Notes: generated by a model not told the origin, from the letters alone. Positions 14,153 through 27,512 are shown, counted from the stretch's first letter. The stretch: 64,000 bases of DNA from Octopus sinensis (GCF_006345805.1 NC_043016.1:22878001-22942000), one strand, 5' to 3'. Program-made: numbers and translations.

Positions 14153-14467
14153 GGTGGTGAGCTGGCAGAATCATTAGCACAGCGGGTGAAATGCTTAGCC
14201 ATATTTCCCCTATCATTACAATCTGAGTTCATATTCCGCTGAGGTTGACTTTGCCCTTCATCCCTTTGTGGGGGGTGTTGATAAATTAAGTTCCAGTGAA
14301 ACACTGGGGTTGACAAATTAGGTACCAGTGAAATACTGGGGTCGATAAATTAAGTACCAATGAAACATGGGTCAATGTAATCAGTTAATCCCCCACTTCC
14401 CCTGTAAATTTCAGGCCTGTACCTTCAGTTGAAAAGATTATTATTATTATTATTATTATTATTATCA

Positions 14468-14534
<67 letters not shown>

Positions 14535-14561
14535 CATTATTATTATTATTATTATCATCAA

Positions 14562-14603
<42 letters not shown>

Positions 14604-14830
14604 CATCATTATCATTATCAAGGCAGAAAAAGCTGGCAGAAACTTAGTGGTATTTCATCCATCTTTACATTTTGAGTTCAAATTCTGCCAAGGTCAACTT
14701 TGCCTTTCATCCTTTAAAGGTTATTAAAATAAGTACGAGTTGAGCACTGCGTTTGATAAAATTGACTTAATCCCCTCCTCCAAAATTGCTGGCTTTGTGC
14801 CAAAATTTGAAGCCACTATTGTTGTTGTTG
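13900..14830 (+). mobile_element. Tandem cluster of three SINE family B copies separated by (ATT)n arrays
   Basis: Three repeats of ctggcagaa...ctgagttcaaatt...gtcgactttgcctttcatcc...gataaattaagtaccag, starting near 13905, 14155 and 14625. Confidence 0.85.
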
Positions 14831-15829
14831 ATATTCATTTTGAGGTGTGTGGTTGTATGTCTACTTACTCCGATAGTTTGATGATTTTTTTTATCAGACA
14901 AAATGAATGCAAATTTTTTTTTCTCTTCTGGTTTGCACTCATGCGTACATATACCAATCAATTGATGTCACCGATATACAAGCACTCATATACACACAAG
15001 CTTGCACACACATACATGGAGCAGTTATGTGTGCACATGCACCAAATGCAAGATCTGCATTCTAAGTATACCTATATGTGTACACACACCAGATATACAT
15101 GCGCATGCACACACACACACATGCACAATCACATACATCCGATATGAACTCACACACCTGTGTGTGTTTGTGTGTGTGCAAACAACAGAAACATACATGT
15201 GTGTACACACACATATATGTAAACTATACACACACACACACACATATATACACTTATGCTTTTCTAGACAGTAGTACTTCTCAGTTGCGAAATTGAATGC
15301 CCACGCACAGATGATACAAACGAACACATATGCATACATGTACACACATATACGGCCAGTATATGTTCACACATCAAGTGTACACGTGCTTCTATACACC
15401 AACAATCTGGTGCTGCCAATACACAAACACTCATAAATACACACACACAGGCATGTACGTACATGCACACACACACACACACAGATTCAGATCAGTTGCA
15501 TATGCACATGTACCAGATACATATACAGGCATACCAGCTAGCTAATTGTTGCCACTGGAAAATTGAGCCTCCCTCTCTAGACAGTGTTCCCATCAACATC
15601 CTGTCCTAGCGTACTGTCTAGAAATTCTGAACCAGGAACTGCTGTCACTGCAGAATTGATACAACCATGTGACCTGTATTGACCAATAGCCAAAGGCCAT
15701 ATTGGTTTTCTCCCCCATTCAGTTCTACAAACCTGAAGAGTTAAGTTTGTTTGATGAGCCTACAAAACTTGAAGTTGTGTGAAGCTAAATGTAACTGTTA
15801 TTAAATAACATATCCTCTGTGTGTGTGTT

Positions 15830-15887
<58 letters not shown>

Positions 15888-15992
15888 TGTACATGCATAC
15901 ATACATGCATGCATCACTTTCTCTCACTAAAAGATTGACATTGATCAAAAAACACAATTCATAAACAGAAAGAAAAAAAAATGAATTCAGTT

Positions 15993-16238
15993 TACTCTTT
16001 ACTCTTTACTCTTTTACTTGTTTCAGTCATTTGACTGCAGCCATACTGGAGCACCGCCTTTAGTCAAGCAAATCGACCCCAGGACTTATTCTTTGTAAGC
16101 CTAGTACTTATTCTATCGGTCTCTTTTGCCGAACCACTAAGTTACAGGGACATAAACACACCAGCATTGGTTGTCAAGTGATGTTGGGGACAAACACGGA
16201 CGCACAAACATATACACACACATACATATATATATATA

Positions 16239-16278
<40 letters not shown>

Positions 16279-16378
16279 TATATATACGATGGGTTTCTTT
16301 CAGTTTCCGTCTACCAAATCCATTCACAAGGCTTTGGTGAGCCCGAGGCTATAGTAGAAGACACTTGCCCAAGGTGCA
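15993..16378 (-). mobile_element. SINE family A, 5'-truncated
   Basis: (TACTCTT)-type tail, ttgtttcagtcatttgactgc..., internal (TA)n and gacacttgcccaaggtgc. Confidence 0.85.
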
Positions 16379-16698
16379 CACAGAAAATAATATTTTATCA
16401 GCCAAAATGGTTAATTTGAATATGCTGATAATTAATGTGTACAACAACAATGGTGAAACACTAACACAAATATATATTCACTCTCCACCAAATGAATGCA
16501 TTTCCACCACTTCACATGTTACTGAGAGCTTTGCTAACATCATGAGTTTTCAGAATATGAATGTTTCCACAAAGAAAAAGTCATTGTGAAAGAGTTACAG
16601 CTAGAAAGATAGTGCCATCCTACCTGATGGCCACATACGGAAGCAAACAAAAAAAAAACATTCTTTGTCTCTGTTACCTAAAGACTGGAGGGGATAGT

Positions 16699-16927
16699 TT
16701 AACCCTTTTGTTACTGTATTTATTTTGAGATGCTCTGTGTTTCTTTCAATTACTTTAAATATAACAAAGAATTTAGTAAAATATCTTAGTTATCATTCAG
16801 CTAGTGTTAGGAACATAAATTATGACTAAGGCTTGGTGGAAGATTTCAATTAAAAACTTATGAAAGCAAAACATTTGTACTACAGAGCCAGAGCCGGTTT
16901 TAGCCGGGTTGGTATCGAAAGGGTTAA
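16699..16927. mobile_element. TTAA-flanked MITE (piggyBac-like termini)
   Basis: ttaa|cccttt ... aaaggg|ttaa, 229 bp including the TSDs. Confidence 0.7.
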
Positions 16928-17359
16928 AGAGGCCCTGTCAGATGAGTGGAAAAAAAATATCCCTTCTGTTGAGTATGGCAGGGCCTACAGGACTATCTGC
17001 ATGGTTTTGGGATGATGATGACAACCTTAAAACAGAAATACTGAGACACATAACTGGCCACATACATCTGTGCTCCAGTATTTGGATCAGAAAATTATGA
17101 GTAACAATGAGGTTCATTGGCAATGATATTGCTTCTTGGCTTTTTGACACCTTTCTCTTGCTAGATGAAAGAATGGTCAGTGTAGAGATAATGAAGAGTG
17201 ATTATATGTTTTTATAAATTTTTCATGTATCACACATATATTGTATAACATATTTGTCCTTTTTCAGTTTTATGTAACTTTGTCGTGTTCAATTTCACAT
17301 GTTTTTGTAACCTCTGTGTGTGTGTGTGTATTGTATGTGTAAAACAGCCTTTAGTGGCA

Positions 17360-17570
17360 TTACTCTTTACTCTCTTTACTCTTTTACTTGTTTCAGTCAT
17401 TTGACTGCGGCCATGCTGGAGCACCGCCTTTAGTCGAGCAAATCGCTCCCAGGACTTATTCTTTGTAAGCCTAGTACTTATTCTATCAGTCACTTTTGCT
17501 GAACCGCTAGGTTACGAGGACATAAACACACCAGCATTGGTTGTCAAGTGATGTTGTGGGGACAAACACA

Positions 17571-17618
<48 letters not shown>

Positions 17619-17780
17619 CATATATACGATGGGCTTCTTTCAGTTTCCATCTACCAAATCCACTCACAAGGCTTTGGTTGGCCCAAGGCTATAGTAGAAG
17701 ACACTTGCCCAAGGTGCCATGCAGTGGGACTGAACCTGGAACCATGTGGTTGGTAATCAAGCTACTTACCACACAGCCAG
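17360..17780 (-). mobile_element. SINE family A, near full length
   Basis: Complete series of tail, body, internal (CA)n and head (ggctgtgtggtaag...ggttcagtcccact on the minus strand). Confidence 0.9.
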
Positions 17781-17986
17781 ACCTATCCAAACTATCAAAT
17801 AATAATGATAATGATGATGGTGGTGGTGACAGCATGGTGGCAATGATGATGATAATGATGATGGTTGTTTCTAAGGCACAAGGTCAGTAATTCTTGGAGA
17901 GCACGTGAAGTGATTAATAGTTTATGTTGTCATCTCCAAAAGAGTGAAAGATAAAGTCGGTCTTGATGAGATTTGAACTCAGGACA

Positions 17987-18215
17987 TTAACCCTTTGGTG
18001 TTTAAGCCGGCCATATCCGGCCCAAATATCCTACATGTTTTACATTCAAACTGGCCATATCTAGCCCCTCACACCTAACCTACATTGACATTCTAAGAAT
18101 AAACTATCACACAATTGAAACTTCAAAGCTGTAAGATAATGTATGATTAATTGAAAATAATTTGAGTGAAAAAAGTATTACATTTAACAAATTAAGCTGA
18201 ACACTAAAGGGTTAA
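17987..18215. mobile_element. TTAA-flanked MITE inserted in a SINE family B copy
   Basis: ttaa|ccctttggtgtt ... aacactaaaggg|ttaa. The flanks rejoin into atttgaactcaggaca-ttaa-agaacc. Related to the reverse complement of 51544-51769. Confidence 0.8.
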
Positions 18216-21198
18216 AGAACCTGAAAAAATACCACAAAGCATATTTTCTGATGCATTAATGATTCTGCCAATCCTCTGTTTTTAACAAAAACAACAATGA
18301 TGTGATAATTATTTCTTTTATTTGTCTCTGCGACATCAAATGAGGGTGACATTACAAGGATAGTTTACAATATGTGTTGGGGTTTATATAGAAAAGTGGG
18401 GAGAAAGAAGGGAGATGAGTGTGAAATGAGATAAAAGTATACATAGTATTCAAAATATAATGCTATCTTGATACAGGAAAACCTCCAATTAAGACCAGTC
18501 AAGAAACTTAACAAATCCAGAATTACCCTGACTGCTGAAGGTACAAGCCCTCATCCAACTGTTGTTCCCCAATTTTAACCATTTTTACCAGAATCGTTCA
18601 TCTTTTGATAAATTCATTGAGAGAAAGCACTCTGTTTTCCAAATGGAATGTAAAATAACCAATGGTGGTTTGGCCAAAAAGGAAAGTATCTTTCTTCAAC
18701 CCTCTCAGCCTTGTACGTCACACAACCTTTCTCTGTCTTGTTAATGATGGTGGGGTTGTGTGGGAGATCCTCACAATGGATTTGGCCAATAGTTGGAATT
18801 GTCCTGTACATGACGTGACTCCACAAGTCACTAATGCTCACATTAGTCAAGATAATGTAGTCCTAGCTGCATTATGAATAACTGAAATAAGTTGGTCATA
18901 GCTGGTCTTCTGGATCAGGGCTGATCTGGGTCTAAACAACAACAACAACAACAGCAACAACAACAACTGAACAAACTAACGAGGGTTGTCAATTTTGGTT
19001 ACCCAACCTACTAGAAATAACAGCCAAATCTTTCTCAAATTACACCCTCAGCATGTTAGAAAAGAATGCTTTAGATAATGTAGGCCTGATGTTAAGCCAG
19101 TAATGGATTAAGTCTAACCACCACCCTCCACTCTACGGAAAAGAAGGAGTGGGCCTCTCCAAAGGGCTTCCATAGAGTTTCTGTCTTACACATTTCACAT
19201 ACAAAGCTTTGGTTGAATTGAAGGCGATCTATGGTAGAAAGCCACTTGCCCAAGTTACATACCAAGCAGTGAGATTGAACCTGAAACTATGTTGTGGTGA
19301 ACAAACTTCTCAGCCACACTTGTTGAGTAAAGAGCAGTTGTGTAGTAGTAGTGGTGGTGATGATGGTGTCGATGTTGGTGGCTAACCCAGTAAACTTGTC
19401 AAAGGGGGGGAGTAGTATTAATGGTTACAGTAGCAGAGACGGCAGTAGAGATGGTGGTTGTTACATTGCATGGTTTTATGATGACATTTACCTTAATCTT
19501 TGTTGTTGTTATTATGACAGTATAAGGCTATAATTCTGATTTAGTCATTAATCCCATTCATATTTCATTTCACTGTATTTTCTCTCTCTCTCTCTCCTCC
19601 TCCATCTCTATCTTTCTCCCTCTCTCTTCTTCATACTCTCCCTTTCCTTCTCTCACTCCATTTTTTTTAATTCTTTCTTTTAAATATTTTTAATGTTTGA
19701 GGTGACTTACCATAACCACTGCTAATGGATATCATATTTTGAAGGATTATAAGCAGTTTCTCATTTTTATCCATCCACCACCACCACCACAACCACCACC
19801 GCAACCACCACCACCACCACCATTTCTATGTCTTTGTTCATCTCTCTGTTCACCTCTCTGTCTCTTCCTCTCCCTATTTGACTTTTTGTCTGGCTACTAA
19901 CTTGGCCAACAATATCTGTTCGGCTGTGCATCCACCTATTTACCTGTACGTCAGTATTTACGTGTTTGTGTGTGTGTGCGCGCACGTATGTTCATTCCCT
20001 CCTCTCTGCTCTGTGCAAAAGAGGTAAATGTTTAGCTTCATAAAACAACTGGGTTTTTTTTTCACCTCAAATGTATATGCTATTATGAAGCAGAAAAGAA
20101 CGCTTACTCACACACACATGCACACACACACACACGCACACACACACATACACACACACATACACACACACACACATGCACTCTCTCTCTCTCTTTCTCT
20201 CTCTCTCCTCCCTCTTTCTCTCACTCTGTCTCCCCACAGACACCAACATCCCCCACACACTCCACACACACACACAAACACAATACACACACATACATAT
20301 CATGCAAGTCAGTGAGGCAGCCTGTATTTGATGGTTGTCTGACCAGCTAGAATAAAAGGCAAGTGGTCCCCAAGCCACACCCTAACATCTTTAAAAAAAA
20401 ATGCTAGAAGAAAGACGATGACCTTCAATATATTGTTTGCAAACATGATGAGATGGTCGTGGTTGGAACCTTTTCATCATAGATATGCTTGATCAAAGTT
20501 GACCCAAAGGCTAAACAATCACATTGAACTGTGGCTATTCTAAGTTACTACCTTGATGGTTCTTTGGTCAAACAAATTGACCCCAGTACTTATGGGTCCT
20601 TTTTTATGTCTGATTGGTACTTATTCATTGGCCTAGAGCAATAGTAGAAGATACTTGACTGACGTGTTATGCTGTGAGTACTGAACCCAAAACCACACAG
20701 TTGCAATGTGAGTTTCCTAACCATACAGCCACACCTGCACAATAAAATAAATTAATTTCTTCATTGATGGTCAAGGTACTTGGCTCTTGTTGGCTCAGTT
20801 GACCTACAAATAAATAGGAATATGTGAAAGTGGGAGACCCAGGAAGACATGGGATAAAGTATTGAAGAATGACCTCAGGAAGCTGAATCTTTCAGGTGAG
20901 ATGACAAAGGACCAAGATGCCTGGTGCCTGGCCATACTCAAGAAGATGCATACCCTGTGGCAGAAGTGTTAAGATGATCCTTCTAGTGGTGTAAAGTACC
21001 CATGATGGTGCCATGTAAAAGCACCTGTGAGGTGCCACATAAAAGCACTCATCGTTGCCACTCTGTAAAGTGGTTGGCATGAGGAAGGACATCCAGTCAT
21101 AAAAACCAAGCCAAATCAGACTGGAGTCTGGTGCTGCTCCCCCAGCATGGACAGCAAATGTCAAATGATGATGAGTGATTGTAGCATAGAATTTTAAG

Positions 21199-22080
<882 letters not shown>

Positions 22081-22308
22081 TGTAACGTAGCAAGCATGTT
22101 ATACCAACTCATGGTGTCTATTTGCTTGTAAGTCAATTGAGCCAACAAAAGTGAAATGACTTGACCATAGACATAGGAACATGAATTGTTAACTTTTCAA
22201 CATTGTCCAACACCTAACCAATGGCTTCTAGTGGGAAATGACTTGGACTGTGTGCACCCATTTAACCAAAGTGAATATAAAATTATGATGAGGAAGATGA
22301 TACCTATC

Positions 22309-22310
22309 TA

Positions 22311-22346
<36 letters not shown>

Positions 22347-22371
22347 GCCTGTCTGTCTGTCTATCTGTCTG

Positions 22372-22415
<44 letters not shown>

Positions 22416-22575
22416 ACTGTCTGTCTGTCTGTCTATTTTTGTTTGTTTCTTTCTCTGTCTCCCCCTTACTTTATTTCTTTACTTTCTCTTTCCTTCCTTC
22501 CCTCCCTCCTTTTCTTTCTCTTTCCTTCTTTCCCTCCCTCCCTTTCTTTCCCTTTCCTTCCTTTCTTTTTCTAAG
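22309..22575. repeat. (TCTG)n/(TCTA)n array followed by a pyrimidine-rich tract
   Basis: Directly visible. Confidence 0.9.
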
Positions 22576-22731
22576 TGCTAGCAACATAAACTAGTTCCTC
22601 TGCATTGAACCAATATTTATTTTTTTATCTATCAATCTATCCAACATCTTTCTGTCCCTCTGTTTGTCCATCAATCGGTTGAGAGAGAGAGAGAGAGTGT
22701 GGGTGGGGAGTTGTTAATTTATTTTCAACCT

Positions 22732-25533
22732 AAGGTAATCGAGGTAGTCAGAGTAAGTGACAGAGTAATTAAAATTAGATTAGTTCTTCACCATAGGACA
22801 GCTACCATCATCTCGGCATATGCCCCTCAACCAGGGCTACCGGAAGGACAAAAAGACCAATTCTATGACACCCTATTGCGGACTACCTCATTGACAAATG
22901 ACAGTGACCTTCTCTTCGTGGCAGGTGATTTCAATGGACATGTTGGACGACATGTCGGGGGCTTCCATGGCGTCCATGGAGGCTACGGTTTTGGCTCTCG
23001 AAATGAGGAAGGAACCAGGCTGCTGGAGTTCTGCGATGCAAATGACCTTATGGTCTGCAATACCAACTTCAGGAAACCCACCTCTCACCTAGTCACCTAC
23101 CGTTCTGGCAGACACACCAGCCAGATTGACTACATCCTTGCCAGAAAAAGGGAAAGAGGGCTGATTATAAATGCCAAAACCTTCCCAGGCGAAGAATGTA
23201 CTCCCCAACATAGATTAGTAGTTAGCGACTTCAGGATCAGAGCTAAATGGTTGCCCAGAAGAAGACCAGCTTGGAGGAGAAGGGTCTGGAAGCTTAAAGA
23301 TCCTGCAAATGGACAGAGATTTAGAGACATACTACTCGAAGCCTCTGACGAAATAGAAGGGGATATAGCTTCACTTAATGTGGAAGACAACTGGAGATTC
23401 CTACGGGACAATCTGCTGACAGCCACTGACCAGATCTGTGGATGGAGCAAAGTACCATCTCGACCCAGAGTAACATGGTGGTGGAACACTGTGGTTGACA
23501 GGGCTATTAGACAAAAGAGACAGGCTTGGAAGGACTGGAAGAACGGTGGTAGCAGGGAATTGTATCAGACAGCCAAAAGGGAAGCTAGGAGACAGGTTTA
23601 TTTAGCCAGAGGGGAAGCGGATAAGAAAAAATTTGCCAATGTTCTGAGCCGTGAGGATGAAAGACTTGAGGTATTTCGTGTTGCAAGACAGTGTGTGAGA
23701 GAGAATCGTGATGTGGTAGGAGAGAAGTGTGTTCGCATGGATGATGGTTCACTTGCGCTAAATGAGGATGCAAAGAGAGAGGTTTGGAGATGCCACTATG
23801 AAAGGTTGCTGAATAAAGAAAATGAATGGGATAAAGAGAGTCTGCCGAATGTTGACCCAACAGAGGGACCAGCTATCCGAGTTGATAGTTCCGTGGTAGC
23901 TAAGGCAATTAGAAGCATGAAGACAGGGAAAGCCCCAGGCCCATCAGGAATTACTGCAGAGATGCTCAAAATATCTGGCAGTGTCGGCTATAACCTAGTC
24001 ACCCGTATAGTCAACCAGGTGATACACGAAGGAGTCATACCCAATGACTGGTGTAGCAGCATACTAGTCAACTGCTACAAAGGTAAAGGTGATGCCCTGG
24101 ATACAAATAATTACAGAGGTATCAAGCTGTTGGATCAGGTAATGAAGGTTACGGAGAGGGTCATAGCCCAACTAATTAGAGAGAGAGTTAGTTTAGATGA
24201 GATGCAGTTTGGGTTTGTCCCAGGGAAAAGCACCACTGATGCTATATTCCTGGTAAGGCAGCTGCAGGAGAAATACCTAGCCAAAGATAAGCCCCTGTAC
24301 CTGGCTTTCGTTGACATGGAGAAAGCCTTTGATAGGGTCCCCCGATCCCTCATCTGGTGGTCAATGAGGAAACTAGGGATAGATGAATGGCTGGTGAGGG
24401 CTGTGCAAGCCATGTACAGAGATGCCGTAAGTAAGGTTAGAGTTGGCAGCATGTACACAGAAGAATTCAAGGTAGAGGTTGGGGTCCACCAGGGTTCAGT
24501 ACTCAGCCTCCTCCTATTTATCATAGTCCTCCAGGCAATTGTGGAGGAATTCAAGACAGGTTGCCCCTGGGAGCTCCTCTATGCTGACGACCTCGCTCTA
24601 ATCGCTGAGTCACTATCAGAACTGGAGGAGAAGTTCCAGGTGTGGAAGGAGGGTTTAGAATCGAGGGGCCTTAGAGTCAACCTAGCTAAAACCAAAGTAC
24701 TAATAAGTAGAAAGTTAGAAAATCCACAAATATCCTCAGGAAGATGGCCCTGCTCGATCTGTAGAAAAGGTGTAGGTAGAAACTCTATAAGATGTACCCA
24801 GTGTAAGCTATGGACACATAAGAGGTGCAGCAATGTCAAAGGTAGGCTAACTGGGAAGATAGTTTTTGTATGTGGCAGATGCTCTGGAGCATTGACCTCC
24901 GAAAATCTGCAGAAAACAACTTCCGTCACTTTCCGGGGGGAAAAACTAGAAGTAGTTGATAGCTTCCGTTATCTAGGTGACCAAGTCAGTAGTGGGGGTG
25001 GGTGTGCTGAAAGTGTAACTGCTAGAATAAGAATAGCCTGGGCAAAGTTTAGGGAGCTCTTACCTCTGCTGGTGACTAAAGGCCTCTCGCTCAGAGTAAA
25101 AGGCAGACTGTATGATGCATGTGTACGAACAGCTATGTTACATGGCAGTGAAACATGGGCCGTGACTGCTGAGGACATGCGTAAGCTTGTGAGGAACGAA
25201 GCCAGTATGCTCCGATGGATGTGTAATGTCAGTGTACTTACTCGACAGAGCGTTAGTACCTTGAGAGAAATGTTGTACCTAAGAAGCATCAGTTGTTGTG
25301 TGCAAGAGAGACGATTGCGCTGGTATGGTCATGTGGCGAGAATGGATGAAGATAGGTGTGTGAGAAAGTGCCAATCCCTAGCAGTTGAGGGAACCCGTGG
25401 AAGAGGTAGACCCAGGAAAACCTGGGACGAAGTGGTGAAGCACGACCTTCGGACGTTAGGTCTCACCATGGAAATGACTAGAGACCGAGACCTATGGAAG
25501 TATGCTGTGCGTGAGAAGACCCGGCAAGACTAG
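22732..25533 (+). CDS. RTE ORF (APE endonuclease C-terminal part, reverse transcriptase with a PHD-type insertion); open frame but N-terminally truncated
   Basis: Part of the 944-aa ORF in the track, with no internal stops. The first 11 codons of that ORF are flanking DNA. Confidence 0.85.
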   Translation, partial: KVIEVVRVSDRVIKIRLVLHHRTATIISAYAPQPGLPEGQKDQFYDTLLRTTSLTNDSDLLFVAGDFNGHVGRHVGGFHGVHGGYGFGSRNEEGTRLLEFCDANDLMVCNTNFRKPTSHLVTYRSGRHTSQIDYILARKRERGLIINAKTFPGEECTPQHRLVVSDFRIRAKWLPRRRPAWRRRVWKLKDPANGQRFRDILLEASDEIEGDIASLNVEDNWRFLRDNLLTATDQICGWSKVPSRPRVTWWWNTVVDRAIRQKRQAWKDWKNGGSRELYQTAKREARRQVYLARGEADKKKFANVLSREDERLEVFRVARQCVRENRDVVGEKCVRMDDGSLALNEDAKREVWRCHYERLLNKENEWDKESLPNVDPTEGPAIRVDSSVVAKAIRSMKTGKAPGPSGITAEMLKISGSVGYNLVTRIVNQVIHEGVIPNDWCSSILVNCYKGKGDALDTNNYRGIKLLDQVMKVTERVIAQLIRERVSLDEMQFGFVPGKSTTDAIFLVRQLQEKYLAKDKPLYLAFVDMEKAFDRVPRSLIWWSMRKLGIDEWLVRAVQAMYRDAVSKVRVGSMYTEEFKVEVGVHQGSVLSLLLFIIVLQAIVEEFKTGCPWELLYADDLALIAESLSELEEKFQVWKEGLESRGLRVNLAKTKVLISRKLENPQISSGRWPCSICRKGVGRNSIRCTQCKLWTHKRCSNVKGRLTGKIVFVCGRCSGALTSENLQKTTSVTFRGEKLEVVDSFRYLGDQVSSGGGCAESVTARIRIAWAKFRELLPLLVTKGLSLRVKGRLYDACVRTAMLHGSETWAVTAEDMRKLVRNEASMLRWMCNVSVLTRQSVSTLREMLYLRSISCCVQERRLRWYGHVARMDEDRCVRKCQSLAVEGTRGRGRPRKTWDEVVKHDLRTLGLTMEMTRDRDLWKYAVREKTRQD

Positions 25534-25723
25534 TGAAGCCATAATCCGTGGCCCCTACCTGGGACGTAGTCAGTCCACCTGTGCATACCTTCCTTCTTGT
25601 GACACTTGTGAAGACCTGTTGAGGCAAGTGAGAATCGAATCAAATCAAATCAAATCAAATCGAACCAAATCAAAATAGATGAACATCAATGGAATTTGTA
25701 TCCTTGTGGTACCAGTGCCGGTG

Positions 25724-25988
25724 GCACATAAGAAAACCATCCGAACGTGATCGTAGCCAGTACCGCAACGACTGGCCTCCGTGCTGAGGGCACATAACAA
25801 ACACCATCCGAGCGTGGCCGTCCGCCAGCCCCATCTGGCACCTGTGTCGGTGACACATAAGAAAACACCATCCGAGCGTGGCCGTCAGCCAGCCTCGTCT
25901 GGCACCTGTGTCGGTGGCACATAAAAAACACCATCCGAGCGTGGCCGTCTGCCAGCCTCGTCTGGCACCTGTGTCGGTGGCACATAAA
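25724..25988 (+). repeat. Four 63-66-bp tandem units in the RTE 3' UTR
   Basis: Units start at 25724, 25790, 25853 and 25917 (gcacataa..caccatccgagcgtggccgtc.gccagcctcgtctggcacctgtgtcggtg). Confidence 0.9.
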
Positions 25989-26530
25989 ATCACCCACTAC
26001 ACTCTCGGAGTGGTTGGCGTTAGGAAGGGCATCCAGCTGTAGAAACACTGCCAGATCTGACTGGCCTGGTGCAGCCTTCGGGCTTGCCAGACCCCAGTTG
26101 AACCATCCAACCCATGCTAGCATGGAAAGCGGACGTTAAACGATGATGATGATGATGATGATGATTCTTTCTGATTTTATATACTGTATTCATTTACCAA
26201 ATGTTTGAATCTTTCACCATTTTTGTCACACATTCTACATATCAGAAATTTAGGGATGCAGAAATTTTTGTGAAGATAACATTTTGGTAAATTATCCACT
26301 CCTTTTACTTGTTCTTTTCTGGTATTTTGTCTTTGTGTTCTTCCCAAAGAAAATATCCAGGCAGTTGTGTGTAGCTGTTTAGCAATTTAAGTGAAATGAG
26401 GCTACTCAATCATACAAATGTATATACATACACATATATGAGTGGATGCATTCATACATGCTCACTCACACTTGTAGAATATAAATTAAAAAATTCCAAT
26501 ATTAAGTCCATATAAATGGAAAGGCTGATA

Positions 26531-26936
26531 AGTTAGTTAGTTAGTTAGTTAATTTTTTGGCTCAAAAAGCAAAAAAGCAAGGCCATGTAGGGGGACATGG
26601 AGTTATGTACAGGGTGGTGTTCATGTAAAGAGTTCAGGCCACTTGTGGTCAAGGGAGACTTTGAACCAAGCGGTCGTCGGCATTTTCACCATCTCGTCCG
26701 GCAGCTTATTCCACAGATCCGCAACCTCTCCTTCGATTGAGATGAAATCGTTGCAGATAGAGCTTTTCGGAATGACCCCCGCAGCTGACGCTCTGGAGCA
26801 GGAGTGAAGAACAGCTCCTTTGAGAGGTTACACTTTCCGCTTATGATGTTGTGAGCAAGAATGAGATCACCATGGCGTCGTCGTTTTTCTAGAGAATAAT
26901 GGTCGAGCATCTTCAACCTTTCTTCATAAGACAAAT
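26531..26936 (-). mobile_element. CR1/L2-group LINE 3' fragment with a (TAAC)n tail
   Basis: SYEERLKMLDHYSLEKRRRHGDLILAHNII...LRG is typical of the CR1/L2 C-terminus. The minus strand ends in aactaactaact. Confidence 0.8.
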
Positions 26937-27366
26937 TCTATAAGAAATATAGTTAATTTACCAAGATGAGAGAAAGGAGAAAATTAACAAAATAGGAGAA
27001 TGAAACATTATTATTAAGATAGGGAAAAAAAAGAAATTAATCAGCAATGGGATATACTTGGAGGAACTAAAATATCCTTCCTAGAAGGATAAGGATTGAT
27101 ACTAAACACATTCATACAAGAAATGTATGGACTGTCAAAAGGTTATTGACTAAAGCCATGAAGATAGTATTTAATAAGTAATAAGAAAGATAGATTCAAG
27201 TAAGGAAAAAGCATGTGCAGGTTTGATTTTGAATGCTGTCAGTTTAAGTTAAAATATGATATCTTTTATCTTTTACTAGTTTCAGCTTGAGAGCTGCAGC
27301 CATGCTGGGGCACCACTGATAAGTTGAAAAAGATAAGTTAAGAAACAAATATATATATATATATAA

Positions 27367-27480
27367 GGGCATCCAGCCGTAGAAACACTGCCAGATCAGA
27401 CTGGGCCTGATGCAGCCTTCTGGCTTCACAGACCCCAGTTGAACCGTCCAACCCATGCTAGCATGGAAAGCGGACGCTAA

Positions 27481-27511
<31 letters not shown>
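27367..27511 (+). mobile_element. Isolated RTE 3' tail
   Basis: aagggcatccagccgtagaaacactgccagatc...catggaaagcggacgctaaat(gat)n, nearly identical to 26026-26165. Confidence 0.9.

Positions 27512-27512
<1 letters not shown>

Larger units (their letters stand above)
22731..26165 (+). mobile_element. Young 5'-truncated RTE-clade LINE (partial APE + RT + 3' UTR + (GAT)n tail)
   Basis: Homology begins abruptly at KVIEVVRVSDR. APE motifs (AYAPQ, GDFNGHVG, SQIDYIL) and RT motifs (QFGF, DMEKAFD, GVHQGS, LYADD, FRYLG) are present. The tail is catggaaagcggacgttaaacgatgatgat. No TSD was identified. Confidence 0.95.

Noticed and set aside
16975-17030. Candidate first exon of the AtuA-like gene (…SAWFWDD)
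   Set aside because: It does not match GCASGFWGD and has no suitable phase-1 donor.
25724-25988. CRISPR-like repeat array
   Set aside because: The units are contiguous with no unique spacers, lie in a LINE 3' UTR in eukaryotic DNA, and there are no cas genes.
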